A DNA stretch of 63,997 bases, filler included, from Streblomastix strix (GCA_008636045.1; 3 parts of 3 records of this genome joined end to end with filler, not necessarily neighbours in it), one strand, 5' to 3'. Numbered from the whole stretch's first letter, positions 29,674 through 44,569 are shown. Program-made: numbers and translations. Notes: a model not told the origin generated them from the sequence alone.

Positions 29674-30443
29674 ATGAAGCTCGCTCTAGTTTTCTTGTTT
29701 GTTCTTGCTGCCACAGCATCACAGGATTCATTACGCAAAGTCACAAACAAAGTTTACTTTGATATTGAAATCGGTGGAAAAGATGTGGGCCGAATTGTGA
29801 TTGGCTTGTATGGCGAAACAGTTCCAAGAACTGCAGAAAATTTCCGCGCACTCGCAACTGGCGAGAAAGGATATGGATTTTCAGGAAGTATATTCCACCG
29901 TGTAATTAAGAACTTCATGATCCAAGGTGGTGACTTCACAAACTTCGATGGGACCGGCGGGAAGAGCATCTACGGACACAAATTCGAGGACGAGAACTTC
30001 AAGATCAAACACTTCGGAAAAGGTGCTTTATTACTATTAACTAAAAAATTAACTTATTATATATATAATTAGGTACTGTCAGTATGGCTAATGCTGGGAA
30101 AGACACGTATGTAAAATACTTTTATTATTATAAACTTTAAATTTAACTTACTATATATATAATTGTTCTTATATATATAAAATATTTATATTACAATCTA
30201 TCATACATTACTTACTATAATAAATTATCCATTTACAGTAACGGGAGTCAGTTCTTCATCTGCACAGCCCCCACGCCCTGGTTAGATGGAAGGCATGTCG
30301 TGTTTGGTGAGGTGCTTGAAGGATACGAAATCGTTGAGCTCATTGAAGCCAACCCTACAAGACCAGGAGATAGGCCCATTAAGGATGTTAAGATAATAGC
30401 CAGCGGTGAGCTGAAGAAGGACACTGCAGGAAAGGACCTTTGA
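29674..30443 (+). CDS. PPIB: Secretory-pathway cyclophilin (PPIase B-like); exons 29674-30022, 30073-30106, 30239-30443
   Basis: Signal peptide, [41 protein letters not shown]; ends AGKDL-TGA. Confidence 0.95.
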
Positions 30444-30535
30444 AAAGAAAAAATACTGAACTAGGATCTGAGTTTAGAAGAATAGGTAAAGATAAAAAAC
30501 ATTCATAAAATATACAATAAACACTTTATGTGATG

Positions 30536-30730
30536 AATATGCGAGAGCTACTATCTATCACATGTAATTGAGCAGTTTGCTCTCGTGTTGATAGCGAAAA
30601 CTCTCAAAATTGTTCGCGCAACTAATGCCCACCCTTACAAATTTTTAGGTAGGGCAGGAAAGTGTGTGCGCACGTTATTAGTAATTAAGTTGCAAAAAAT
30701 TTGGTTGGCAAAAGCGGGACTATGAATAAT
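30536..30730. ncRNA. Candidate structured RNA of unknown class
   Basis: GC-elevated intergenic island with stems AUGCGAGAGC/GCUCUCGUGU and UGCCC-ACC/GGU-A-GGGCA; no family motif confidently recognised. Confidence 0.3.
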
Positions 30731-31217
30731 CGGCATTTTAATATTTTCTGATAGATGCAGATTTCTTGGTTAAGTAGTTTTGAAATGGAAATTTTTTAAT
30801 GAATAATGGGATAGTATTGCAAATAATGTTAATATATTAACATTTAATTTATATATAAATTAATGATCAGTGCAAATTTTTTTTTACATTTAAACAGCTG
30901 GTTTACTCCACGTATTTGGATAATTATTTAATGTTTTTGCATGTATTCAATGTAAACCAGCTCTACTACTAACAATATATGTATACGAGAAGCGTAGAAG
31001 TAATGTGGGATGAAAATATCATACGTACTTCTATATATGGCTGCGCTACTAATTCCATATAGAAATTAATCATTTAAGTTTATTTCACATTTTAAACCAA
31101 CAATTTATCAATAATATGCAGTTTTAAAACACTTTTCTAAAAAAATCGATTTTTTCTCTAAATTCTTTGGCATTATATTTCATTACATTTTTTAATTTTT
31201 TTAAATTTTACTTCAGT

Positions 31218-32942
31218 ATGACTGCGTTGGAGCACACTATTGTTGTGCATATCGGAACGTTCCACGCTGATGATGCACTTTGTTGTGCGATGCTTACGTT
31301 GCTTCCTGAGTATTAAGATTTATTTTTAATAATATTTTGTTTAAATACAAATTCTTGATATATTACAGATACAAGGACTTCAAAATTATTAGAACGTATG
31401 CCGTATTTCATTGTTGAAATTTTCTCATTTTTTTTCGTTTCTTTCTTTCAGAATCGATAAATCAGTTATGGAGCATTCTTTCTTTGTTTGCGACGTAGGC
31501 GGAGAATATATTCCAGAGAAGAACAGGTTCGACCATCACCAGGAAGGGTACTTTGAAGCATTTGAACCAGACAGTAAGATTAAAATGGCAGCAGCCGGCC
31601 TTGTCTATAGACACTATGGAAAGTAGATTATAGCTTCAATATGCCCAGAGATTGCATAAGACGAAAACTCTATTGTATTCATTTATCTTCATTATTTAAT
31701 TATAAATTAATTTAATTTTCATATTTAATTATAAATTAATTTAATTTTCATATTTAATTATAAATTAATTTAATTTTCATATTTAATTATAAATTAATTT
31801 AATTTTCATATTTAATTATAAATTAAATTAATTTTCATATTTATTTATTTATTTATTTATATAAGAACATTGTATTCACGAAGTTATACAGACGCTTTGT
31901 TCAAGAGATTGATGCTCAGGATAATGGAATATCACAATGGGAGCTATCATCTGATAAACCAGAAGTTACTAAATCTGAACCAAGTGCATAATAAACATCA
32001 GAGAAAATGGGATAACAATAACAACAACAATAATAATAATAATAACAAGTTGCATTTCATCCATTATACAACATAAACACATCACTCAGTACAAGAGTAG
32101 GGATGTTGAATCTTGATTGGAACGAGGAGTTCTCTAAAGTATCTTTATGATCATATATAATATAATATAATATAATATATTTATCTATCCTTCTATCTAT
32201 TTATTTTTATTCAGGATAAGCAAGACACCAAATTCCTATAAGCAGTCGCTTTGTGTTAATCTGAATTCCTCTCCCATCTGAACTACATTGCTAGAGTACT
32301 TCTTCCAGCGCGTAAACTCGTAGAAAGAGCCTTGTAGAATAGAATTGGTGGGATAATCGTATTTGATGATGCTTCAGGACCATGGAAGGATGTTTGTTGT
32401 TAATAGCAATAACAATATAATTCTATTATTAATTATGTTATGATTTTATATATAACATTTATTTATTCATGATTATATATATAATACAAATTAGCATGTC
32501 CGTGCTCTAGAACGTGAATTAAATATAGATGAACCCATACTATACGGACTAATGTTTGATAAAGGAAGGAAGTAATGGAGCGCAGTTTGCATGTCTGGAT
32601 GGGGAGGTGCTTTCTCTAATAGATTACCTTTCCCTTAGAAGTGGAGATGTATGAAGAATAGAATTAATATATGAAATAATGAATTAATTAATTAACATTT
32701 ATTATAATATATTATAATATTATTATTAATATATATTATCTATTGTAGCTCTCCGTGATGCTGATCTTGAGAAAGTCTGTGGTATTGCTGGGTCAGTCTT
32801 TGTTCATACATCTGGATTTCTCGCATGTAATTCTACTAAAGAGGGAATAATTGCGATGGCTACAAAATCAATTGAGCTTCAGAAGGAGGAGTATGAAGAA
32901 GTGAAGAAGCGATTTGCGAAGGAAAAGGAAGGATGGAAATGA
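31218..32942 (+). CDS. MYG1: MYG1 (UPF0160) exonuclease family protein, multi-exon
   Basis: HIGTFHADDALCC, CDVGGEY..RFDHHQ, AAGLVYRHYG, EIDAQDNG, FVHTSGFLA; TGA at 32940-32942. Confidence 0.93.
31693..31837. repeat. 29-bp intronic minisatellite, 5 copies
   Basis: TATTTAATTATAAATTAATTTAATTTTCA repeated inside a MYG1 intron. Confidence 0.9.
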
Positions 32943-33692
32943 AATGAATAAATAAATCTATAAATAGAGTAATTTTTGGGGATTAAATTTTTTCTTTAGA
33001 TTTTTTTAGGTAATAATTATGGGTAAAAATTAAAAAACTATATAAATCAAATTAGTTATAAATTAGATTCTACTTTGTTTATTGTTTCCTAAGAATATTT
33101 GATACTGCGAAGTACATTTAAGACTTTTAATGACAAAAATATGACAATTACCGAAATGATGAGAATTTGTGAGTGAGTTGTATTAGAATTGGTCTTGTTA
33201 GTCTCAAAGTAATATATATAGTCAATTTTAACCTTATTCATTTTCATGTATACGAAATATGCCAAAGTTTATACCGTATCAAATGTAAGTAATAGAAAAA
33301 CAGAAATTAGAAAGATTAAATAATAAATAAAATAAAAAATTGAAATTTAATAAGTTGAGAAGAAGTGAAATAAATTAAACTAGCTAAAAAATAATAATGA
33401 CAATGAGGCAATATAAACATATCCAATCTTAATTTTAGAAGCAGAAAATAATAAATAACAAAAAATCACAAAAAAAAAATTAACAAACAAGAATCATTGA
33501 TTTTTGAATTTCTCTTTTCTCGAAAATAATTCTTGTTAAAATGGATGTGGAGAATATTATCATAGTGATATTTCTGCTCCTCATTAAATTATTCAATTAT
33601 TAATATATCAATTTATTATATCATTCTTATTCTGTATAATTGCCTCTTTTATAATTATTCAAATTAAATATTATTATTAACTGATTTCATTT

Positions 33693-36600
33693 TCATTTCT
33701 TCGGATCTGATGGAATTGGCTTCTATTAAATCTTAGTCACTTTAGCTTTTGCATATTGCCTAACTGGCGGTTACTAATACCTGTGTGAATCTGATCCATT
33801 CAAAGAATTCATGTCATTTTACTGCAATTATTACACTTAGCTTGGATGCTATTGTTATTATTGTTATTATTATTATGATGATTATTAATATTATGATGCT
33901 CCTTATTATTAATTCTACTATGGTTTCTATTATTATTACTACTACTACTTCAATTATGAAGACTGCTACTACTATTGGCTGGCCTATGTATTGGCAACTG
34001 CATGTGGTTGAACAGCAGATGGGTGATTAGATTGTTATTGACGTTATAATGTAGATGAAGCTTATTATTATTATTGAGATCGAGTATTGATTGTAGTTGG
34101 TTACGGTGAAGATCTGTAATTTCCCTGTGGTGTGGAACGTTTGAGTGTGTTGTCGCGTATTTGTTCTATATGTATATAATATGCATATATGTAATATGAA
34201 ATATATAGGTAAAATAATTTATATAAAAATTTATAATTAATTTTTAATATAATATTCTTTATATACCATTCTGAACTTGTTGTAAATTCCCATCATATCC
34301 AACTTTTTCTGTTTGGGAATAATCGTATCCTGAATAAATAAACAAATATGATATATTAATTATTAATCAAACAATAGAAAATGTTTTAAAAAACACAAAC
34401 TTATAGATTTTTTAAATAAATAAACATAATAACATAATAATACTTAAATTAAAATAATATATACCCAAATGTCTTTTTAATGTCTGCATTTGTTAATATT
34501 TGTTCTGTGGAAGTAAAGATCCTGTTGTGTAAGGGGGTTGTACCATAGCATTACTCTGCTGTTGTGCTGCAGAAGACTAAGAAGCTAAATAATAATAATA
34601 ATAATAATATAAGAATAGTATATAATAATAAATATAAATAAATATATAAATATATAAATAAATAAATATATAAATAAATAAATAAATAAATAAAATTAAA
34701 TATAAATAAAAAGAAATAAAAATTATTTTGAATGAATGAAAATTATATTAAGATTAACATTAATATTTTTTATTTCCATTATATTTAATTATATTTATTT
34801 TAATAACATAAACTAATCAAACCATATTGTGATTGAGCTTACAACATGGATGGAGCTTTACAAATAATAAAAAATAAAAATAAAATAAAATAAAAATGAA
34901 TAAACAAATAAAATGAAAATTAATAAATAATAATAAAATACGTTTCAAGGTTCCCTATTGAGAGTAAGGGGATGCTACTCTGTCATTTTATGGAGAATGC
35001 TAAATAAATAAATATAAATATATAAATAGTTAAGTTATAAATTTAATAGTAATAAGAATTAAAATAAATAAAATGATCCAAATTATTTATTTATTTTTTA
35101 ATAATTTCAAACCACCCAATGTTTTGTGAATTGCGCAAAATCTGCTTCAGCTCTTGACTATTAACGTACCTAATAAATACGAATAAATAAATAAAATCAT
35201 AATATTTCATATTCTAATATATAGTAATATTTTACAATTATTAATTTTTATTAATTAATTTATTTATTTATTTATATATTAATCCATACAAAAGGTTTCC
35301 TCATTGTGTCTCTTTCTGATTTCCTCGCTGTCCCATAGGCTGATTTGCGGTCTCCTGACATCAGAGGTGGCTTTGAATACAATTATATATGAATTAAATA
35401 TAATTTGTAATATGAATAATAATAATAATAAATAAATATACAAATAATTATTTAAAAATACATTAATTTAAATCTATTAATCTCAATATAAAATTTCCTA
35501 TAATTCACATATATATACCGATATTGTATCCGCTCTATTTATATTCTACGTCTGTTTCTTCTCTTACTGCGCATCCTTAGACTACAACTACGATTATGAA
35601 GACTATTATTACTACTATTATTGATTCTTCTTCAATTCAGGCACTTTAACTCTTTATCCATTCTCATCCACCTACCCATATATCCCTTATTCTTTCTACT
35701 CTCTCTAAACATCTTCTCTAAAAGCTTCATTTGCATTACTCTACAGACTCGGCTCCTCTTCTACTTTTTCTCCATAAGCTAATTAGTCAATTTCATCTTC
35801 AGCATCTTCGTCTTATTAGTCTTCTTTTAATAGGACTAGTTCTCTTTCTCGAATTACGTGGTCTACGGAAGGTTTGAAGACTCTGTTGGAATTGATAATA
35901 TAAGATGGGTGTTATTAAAAGAATGAAATTTAAAATAATCCAATTATTAAATGAGAATTTAATTAACGATAACTAATTATATTAATTATTATGATAAATA
36001 TTCCAATAGTAAACCTGAATATGTATTTCAGAGTGTAGGGAGGCACAATTACTATTGCAGGTACAATAATCAGATACAACCAGAATGTAGGGGACATCAG
36101 ATCACGGTAGAAGGCACCATACATATTGTCTCGTAGAACACCTGAGATGTATATATAGAATTAATATATAAATATATTAATGTAAATAAAAAATCAATGG
36201 AATATAATAAATAATGGAAATAGATTAATAAACAAATAAAAATAAATTAAGTAATTATAATAAAGACATCAATCTATAAGTATATTACCCATCCTCACAA
36301 ACCAGTGTTAATAATCAGAGCAACTATAAACCATGCAACGTATGATAATCCAGCTACAAGTGCGTGTATCCAAGTAAAGAAGTTGGACTCAAGGAGTATT
36401 TTGAGGGTAACTACCAATATGGCTCCTATATAATGAAGATGTAAATATATTGATTAATATAATAATAATGCAATATAAATTAACACGTTCTAATTGAAAT
36501 AATTTTTAATTTTTCAGATTCAATATCCATTTTAATTCTTCTTCTAATCAAATATTTCATATATTCATATATTCATATATTATCTCATACCACTGCATAT

Positions 36601-39600
36601 CATATTACCAAAGAACCACATATCTTCTGTCTTACCATCATATGATATGCAGTCTTCTAACATCAATAGTCCACTGAAGAAGCATGCAAATGAGGTCCAG
36701 ATGCCATCAACAATCCAACTTTATATAAGTTAATTAATTAATATAATTGATTAAAAATATGAATAATAAATTAATTATATAATGTTTTACTAATTATTCT
36801 GTAAAATATTAATAATAAATACATCAAGAATGTCCAAGGAGTCGCTTCTCTTCCCAATCTTCCTAATGCGTATGTTGCTGGAAGTCTATTAATTAATTAA
36901 GTTATAAATTATTATCATAAATTTTACTCAAATTATTTTTTATTCTATAATATTAATTGATTAAATATGTTACCTTCCGTATCTTTCAGGGCGTAGTTCC
37001 TGATCTCCAAGACCATAGACAACTAATAACATTAATTAATAAAAAAATATAAAAGAAATTAGAACCAATAAAAATAATTTTTATCTTTCATAATTAATTC
37101 CTATATTTAATTATTTTTATTACTTAAAATATAATATTTATTATATATTCATATTATCTATTAATTTATCATTCATACCAATTGGAGCAATAGTGAATAT
37201 GCAGTTGAACAATGATATGTACCACGATTCATACATTGACGTGGCTGAGAATCCAGAAAACCAGCCAAACCTGTTATTAACATACAATAAATTATAATTA
37301 AATTAATATTTTCAGTATAAATTAATAATATTTGTATTTTAAATTATATAATTAATATTTATTGACATTTATTAATAAATGATAAAATAAAATGATAATC
37401 AATATATACCAGAATAATGTAACTGTGAAAGCGAAGTTCTTATAGAATGAATATAAGACAACCATTGATAATCTCTTATAATCCAATCTCCCGTGAACAA
37501 GAAGAAGATTTTAGAGGAATCTGAACTATGCAATTGAATAATCTGATGCCATTACAGCCTGATAATAAACAAATAATATAATAAGATAAAAATAAATGAA
37601 TTTAAATCAATAATTATTTATTTATTTAATATTTTATTTTCGTATTCATTTATCCACACCTGCATTCCTTCATTTCCAGATATACCAACACCAACATGGG
37701 CTCTTTATATCATAGGAACGTCATTTGCACCGTCCCCAATGGACAGTGTAGTTGCATGCGTATTATCTCTGGTATATATAAATATGAATGAATTAGTATT
37801 TAGTATATAAATTAAAGATATTATGAAATATTATTGTATAATTAAATTGCATATATTTCTCTATTATATTTCATTAATAATTATTAATACACTATTAAAT
37901 ATACCTGACAATTCCAACTACATCAGCTTTTTACTTAGGTGATACTCTACAACATATGACTACTCCACATTTGGATGTTATTGATAATAGATCAGATTGC
38001 ATATCTTCACCTATAATAATATAGATAATTAAACATATATAGAGAATTGTTAATATAATAAATAATATAATAAGAATAGATTTAACAACAACAACAATAA
38101 TTTCTTCACATCATCTCTACATAATTCCCATCAATAACACACCCAAACAATATGTCAAAGCAGCTCCATCAATCACCAATGCGTATTTCATGAATGAAGT
38201 TGCTGGTATCGGTGCAAATACATGAGCAAGTGCATGTAGATGGACTTTGACATTCTCTTTGTCCTTCTCGAAGTCTCCGTTGCCAGTTGAGCCTGAGTAA
38301 TTATATATATAATATAAGGTTGGATTGAGAAAATGATAAGAAATATATTTATGTGAATAAAATAAATTAAAGGTAAGAAATAATTATTAACAAAAACAGT
38401 TTAATAGTTTCTTTAATATTTAGTATAATAATACCGCATATAATTGCCATTTACATCTCTTATACAAGCAGTTTGCAGGCAAATCCAATATTAATGGCAG
38501 TTTCCTAATGAAATATAACATATTAAATAAACAAACAATTAATAATAAATATTATAATTTTATCCTTTATTTATATTTCACACCTGTTTATCTCCAGTCA
38601 AAACCCAGATCTTCATTCCAGCTTATCGAAGAACTTCAATACAATCTGGGACTCCCTCTATTATATGATAATAGAAATATAATAAAATAATATAAATAAG
38701 TATAATAGAATAAAAACATATATATATATAAGAAAATATAAGAAAATATATTATAAATCTAAATATTTTTTTTCTCTTATCTTTTTTTATCTATTATTTA
38801 TACCTTATAATTTATCTTCAATTGCAGTAGATCCAAGTAATTCAAAATCATGCTCTATTAATGCTCCTGCTTCATCAACCTATAATATAATAATGATAAT
38901 ATATATTAAGTGTATAAAAAATAAAAATAATATAAAAATAAATATTAAATAAGTAAACAAATATATTAATTAATTATAAACTTTAGCAGCTCTGTCTTCC
39001 ATGGCATTTAAAGCTGATATATATTGTGGTTCCCATTAAGCAAACTCTTATTCTGTGAGATCCCTGAATAATAGAATAATTAATATAATAAAAATAATTG
39101 AATATTGAATATTATGAAATTTCCTTCACTATATTAAATTTAATATTCATATATTATTTATTTAATCATTACTATTGTTAAATACCTCTGAGCTAAAACT
39201 AATGTTCTCAACCCTTCAGAACCAAATGATTGCATGTGATCCAATGTTAAATCTAATATTGTCTGTTATGGAAGAAAGTTGAATTCTTGTGGAAGCTGAA
39301 TATAATGAATTATAATATATTGAATTAAAATAAAATAAAATAATTTATTATTAAATAAATTAATAAAAAATTTTAATTAATAAATAATTGAAATTTTAAT
39401 CATTTTCAAACTTTTTCCTTCTCAGCTGTAAGTCTTGGAATCATTGTTGCATCAGCACCCTAAAAATAATTTAAAAGTATTATTAATAATAATTTAAGAA
39501 ATATAAAATTAAAAATTCCAATTTTTCTTAATATTAAATTTTCATTTATTATTCTATACCTTTGAATATATTTTTAATTTCTTATTTGGCAATCTGACAA

Positions 39601-42600
39601 TAACTGAATTTCTCTTTCGATCTGAATTGAATTCAAGAACATGAAGAATCTGATAATACAGAATAAACAAATAAAATAAATAATATGAATTTTCCAACTA
39701 ATTATATTAATTATTAATGTTTATATTATAATTTGTATCATCTTTCATATATTAATATAATTCGCACTTCAACAGGCACATCAACAGTCTCAACCAGGTT
39801 CTTCACTCCACTTGCTTTCCTTCTCTTCAAATTATCAGCATTTCCTTCTTATTCATCAACATTCATATTGTTCAGCTTAATTTCAGTCATTTGGACGTTG
39901 TACTGAATCTTGTTTTGTTCATTGATGCCCAAACCGTATGCTGCAAAGGTTGGCATTCTGACAATGTAGTTCTTGCGCTGCTTCCCGCGAAATTCGAATC
40001 TGAAATATAAAGAATGAATTAATAAATAATATAATTTAAAAATAAATAAAATAAATTAAAATTAAAATTAAAATTTAATTAATAATACAAACCCAACTTT
40101 AGCAGCAGCATCAACAAGTGCTCCTTCATCTGGTGAAGCTGCTTTGTATGATAATGGTCCCTAAATTAACAAATATAATGAAATAATAATAAGTAATTAT
40201 AAATAAATGAAAATTTCATAATAAAGATAATAATTTAAGTATAAATTCTTCTAATTGAATATAAATTACCTCTGGAAGTGGTTCGGGTTCATCATTATCA
40301 CTCAAATTGGTTGCTTTAGTTTTAGCTTTTCTTTATTTTTGGACATTAGGATCTTCTTCTTACATTTCTATTTCATTCTTCTTCTTTTGATCCAATTATG
40401 TATCTGCTGATGCTGCTTTTTTCTCCTGAATTTATGAAAAAAAAATATTATTTGAATCAATTTGAATAGAATAAAATAAAATTAAATTAAAAATTAATAA
40501 ATATTTATTTTTACTTTTATTCTAATTATATATATCATACTTTCTTAGGTTCAGCTAAGCATGTGTGACATATTGACAAGTTAGTGAAGAAATCAACAGC
40601 TTTCTGAGCGGCAAGATCAGTTTATTTGATATTTGATGTTGATTCTGACATATTGTAATAATTGAATAAATAAATTCAATAAAGTATAATATAAAATCAA
40701 TATTTATATTATTTATATTATTAAGTAATTATTATATTAATATTAATATCACATTTAGCACTATTCATCATTCTGGGTATTAGAGTATCATCTTCAAATC
40801 CTCTTCCTGTTGGTTTCGCATTTAATTGTCCATTTCTACGCATTTCTGCCGCCTGATATTAATATATAATATTATATTATATATATAAATATAAATATAT
40901 ATAATAATAAATAATAAATATATATTAAATGAATTATATTAAATATTTACTTATTATTTTATATTCATTTATACCTATATTTCAGATACTCCTTTTCCAA
41001 ACATCTCTCCACCAATTGAACATTTGAAGAATTCCATCACATTCTGTGTTAATGTTCCTGTATTAGTATTAAATTGGAACATAATGTATATAAATATAAA
41101 TAATAAATAATAAATGAATAAAAATATTATTATAATTATAAAAATAAATAATATGAATATAATGTTTTTAATTATTTTATATTCAACATACCAGTCTTAT
41201 CACTGAATATATATGATATTTATCCTAACGATTCATTTAGATTCGATGTTCTTGCATTGGCTCGTGTATCTGTTTACTAAATTAATTAATTGATTAATAA
41301 TAAATTAATAATTAATAATTAATTGATTAATAATTAATAAATATAAATATTGGATTTAATATAATAAATATATATCACACTAAATGATACATATTGAGAT
41401 CGTTGTTGATGAAGAGAACTTGACCAAGTTTCACAACCTGAATAAGAATTATATTAATATAAATAGAAAATAAATTAATAAATAAATAAATAATTCAATT
41501 ATTCAAAATTTACAATTATATATAATTAATATAATATTCATACTTCCATAGTAACATATAAAGATATTGGAATTAATGTGTTGAGTAATATTAGGAATGT
41601 GAAGAATTAAAGAAGTCTAATAAATATATAATATAATATAAATATAATAAGTAATGATAATACATATTATAATATAACAATAATAAGTATATTTCAGTAA
41701 CATTTAATAACATTATTATTAATAATAAATTAATATATACCCTCTGACTCCTAATGGAAGTTTCTCTTAATCAAATTCCAGATATGAGTGATCTTTGCTT
41801 CGTCCTTCGAATACTACATACCTATAATATAGAATACATAATATATATATCATATTAAATAAACAAATCAATTCAATTCAATTAACTTAAATTTAATTTA
41901 ATTAATTCAATATATTATTTTCACACATAATTGTTGCAAAGAGACAGAAGATGAATTGAAATGCGAAAGCGATGGCCACAAAGTTGTTCATCAGTTGTTC
42001 AAGCTTTGTTCTTTTTATGGGCGTCTTTGACGTGTTTTTCATAATCTTTGTCTCATGGCCTGTATAACACTGATAAAATAATATAATATAAGAAAATAAT
42101 AAATAATTGAATTATTAATAATTTGAATATAAATTAATTATAAATATTTTATATTCTCTATTTATATTATATTATTATTATTATATATATGCATACCACC
42201 ACTCCCAATACAAACTCAGTATTCCGCAATGAGCAAGTTCTCAGTATGACATTCTTATTATCCAAAGGAATTGCATCACTTTACGGAATGTCCATACTTC
42301 CATTAAACACATAAAGTTATGCATTAGGTTGGTCAATCAGCAGCTTAGCCTTGAAAGAAGTAACTGGCTGAAGCTGATCTGGGCTTAATTTTGATCCGCC
42401 AACACGTTTCCAATCAACAGAAACCGCTTATTTCGCCTTCAAATTAGTCTCACCGTCGAGATTCGTGGTTTCAATGTTGCATAGTCCATCATCAAGCGGT
42501 GAGTACAGAACAAGAAGGTCTGCAGGGACTGACTCGTCGCATTCAACACGAAGCAGATCACCAACTTGGACGTCTTTCCACTGGGCCGTTGAAAATTAGT

Positions 42601-42937
42601 TCCCGTCCCATTTGAGTGTGGGCTTCGAGTTTGCTTGTCTGTCGGATTGGTTTCTTCTCAGGTCTTCGATGGCCTCTTTAAGCATAGATACAAGCACCAC
42701 AAATACTAATGGGAGTATTGAGGTAACTGGATCAAGTGTTGACAATCCTGGAATAAGCTGGAGGATCGCGATTAGTAAGAAATACAGGTTGGCAACACGG
42801 CTGAACTGTTCAAATAAGTTCTTTGGGATGAAAGTCAGCAGCGTGTATTTGGTTGTGCTAATCTTGTTGTTGCAGAATTGTTATGTCTGGGGTTGTCCTA
42901 TATATACTTCGCGAATGGACGAATCTTTGGTTGTCAT
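33693..42937 (-). CDS. P4-type ATPase (phospholipid flippase), many introns, Gln-rich C-tail
   Basis: [91 protein letters not shown] at 33693. Confidence 0.96.
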
Positions 42938-43759
42938 CTAATAAAATAATCAGAAAAATAAAATTATTAAAAAACGAATCAAATATTTCTAGGTGGAGTA
43001 ATATAAATTTGCAATAAATATCAAATTAAAATATAAATAATGAAGCTTATTATCGATAATGTAAATAAAGACAAATTTCACATTATAATTGCATGGGAAA
43101 AGTCGAAAGTATTTATATTTTTTAATATTGGTATATTTTAGTAAAATTATACGTATATTTATAAAAAATAATTGCAAAATATAAAAATTATATCAAAATA
43201 TGAATTTATATTTTTTGTTAATAATCTAAATTACGTTTAAATTACAAATTTAAATTCTGAACGTCAGTTTGCCATAAAGCAAAATGCGTTGAACGAACCA
43301 TATAAAATAAATGAAGTTAAATTATATTTTATGAAGAAAGATTATATTTATTTAGATGCAATAATTGAATTTGTGTTTGGCTAGCTCAAATAAAAATTGT
43401 GCGATTGAACTCAGATTGTGAATATTTAATAGACTGGAAATATATGCGTAAATGATAGTAATGTTTTAAATTTTTCATAAATATACAAATTTATGTGGAG
43501 TGTTGACTGTCGATGAGGGAAGACTATTCCCATGATAAATTTTTGTCTATCATTTCTTGACTGCTACAGAGCTTCTATAAGGTTGAAATTCATTAATTAT
43601 ATCAAATAATCTTGATCCATATTTAATTTTTTCTATATATTTTTATTTTGCACTTTCTTACTGGAAATTAAACAATTATCACGTTAAACTCATTTTATAG
43701 ACGTCATACATTTTTTAATTTATTTATCAAACCTATGTAATATTATTATAACAGATTTT

Positions 43760-44569
43760 ATGCATATTTAAATTCAATAGCTGAGTGGGAAGAAGTTCTC
43801 GATCGAAATAAGTAGTTCAGAAGAAAAGATCAAAACTGTTAAGCTACGAATTCTTGGCATTACAAGTATTGTACCTAAGAAACAGTTTCTGGTTTATAAG
43901 AGTGATGTTCTCGAAGATGAAAGAACACTTGGCTCTTATGGAATCAGGGAAGGAAGTACTATTGACTTAGTTGAAAAATAAGATCCAGAAAATAATTAAA
44001 ATTAAGAAAAAAGTTAATAATAAACAGTAAAGATATCAGTTCAAATTGAAATTGGTGATAGTAATTTGTTTGTTATGAAACCCACAGATACAATTGAGAC
44101 ATTAAAGGATAAGATCGAAGTTCAACTGCATGTCCCTAAGAAGAACCAATAATTACTCTTCAATGGACAATGGCTTGAAAATAAGCAGACATTTTAATAA
44201 ACTGACATATTTGATGGTGCTATTGTATTTCTTATGGTTAAGCCTCTGTGGCACGAGCTTATTTAATATATGAATAAACAATCACAGAAAAAGATATATA
44301 AAGAGGAAGAAGAAGATGAAGTTGAAGAATATGTAGATGATGAATCTGTGTCATTTTGCGTTAGATCATAGTAAGGATAAGAGGTATAATTTAAGGCTAA
44401 ATAGGACATTCATATTTAAAGAGTGATGGATTCCTTTTGTACTAATCAGAAACTTCCATTGAATTCAATTCATTTGGTATTCAATGGAAAAAACCTGAAA
44501 CCAAATCGTACAGTTGGGTATTACAATATCGAATAAGGCGGCACGATTAATACCATAAAGAAATTATCA
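43760..44569 (+). CDS. Tandem ubiquitin-like, ubiquitin-like, SUMO-like domain protein (partial)
   Basis: MHIQIQQLSGKKFSIEI..VLEDERTLGSYGIREGSTIDLV; PTDTIETLKDKIE..NQQLLFNGQWLE; VSFCVRSQQGQEVQFKAK..RVMDSFC..LVFNGKNL; cut by contig end, possible upstream exon. Confidence 0.8.

Noticed and set aside
30536..30730. Specific assignment as RNase P/MRP or U3 RNA
   Set aside because: Could not find complementary P4 strands or a convincing ordered box set by eye; kept only as an unclassified candidate
31693..31837. CRISPR-like array
   Set aside because: Head-to-tail 29-bp units without spacers inside a eukaryotic intron
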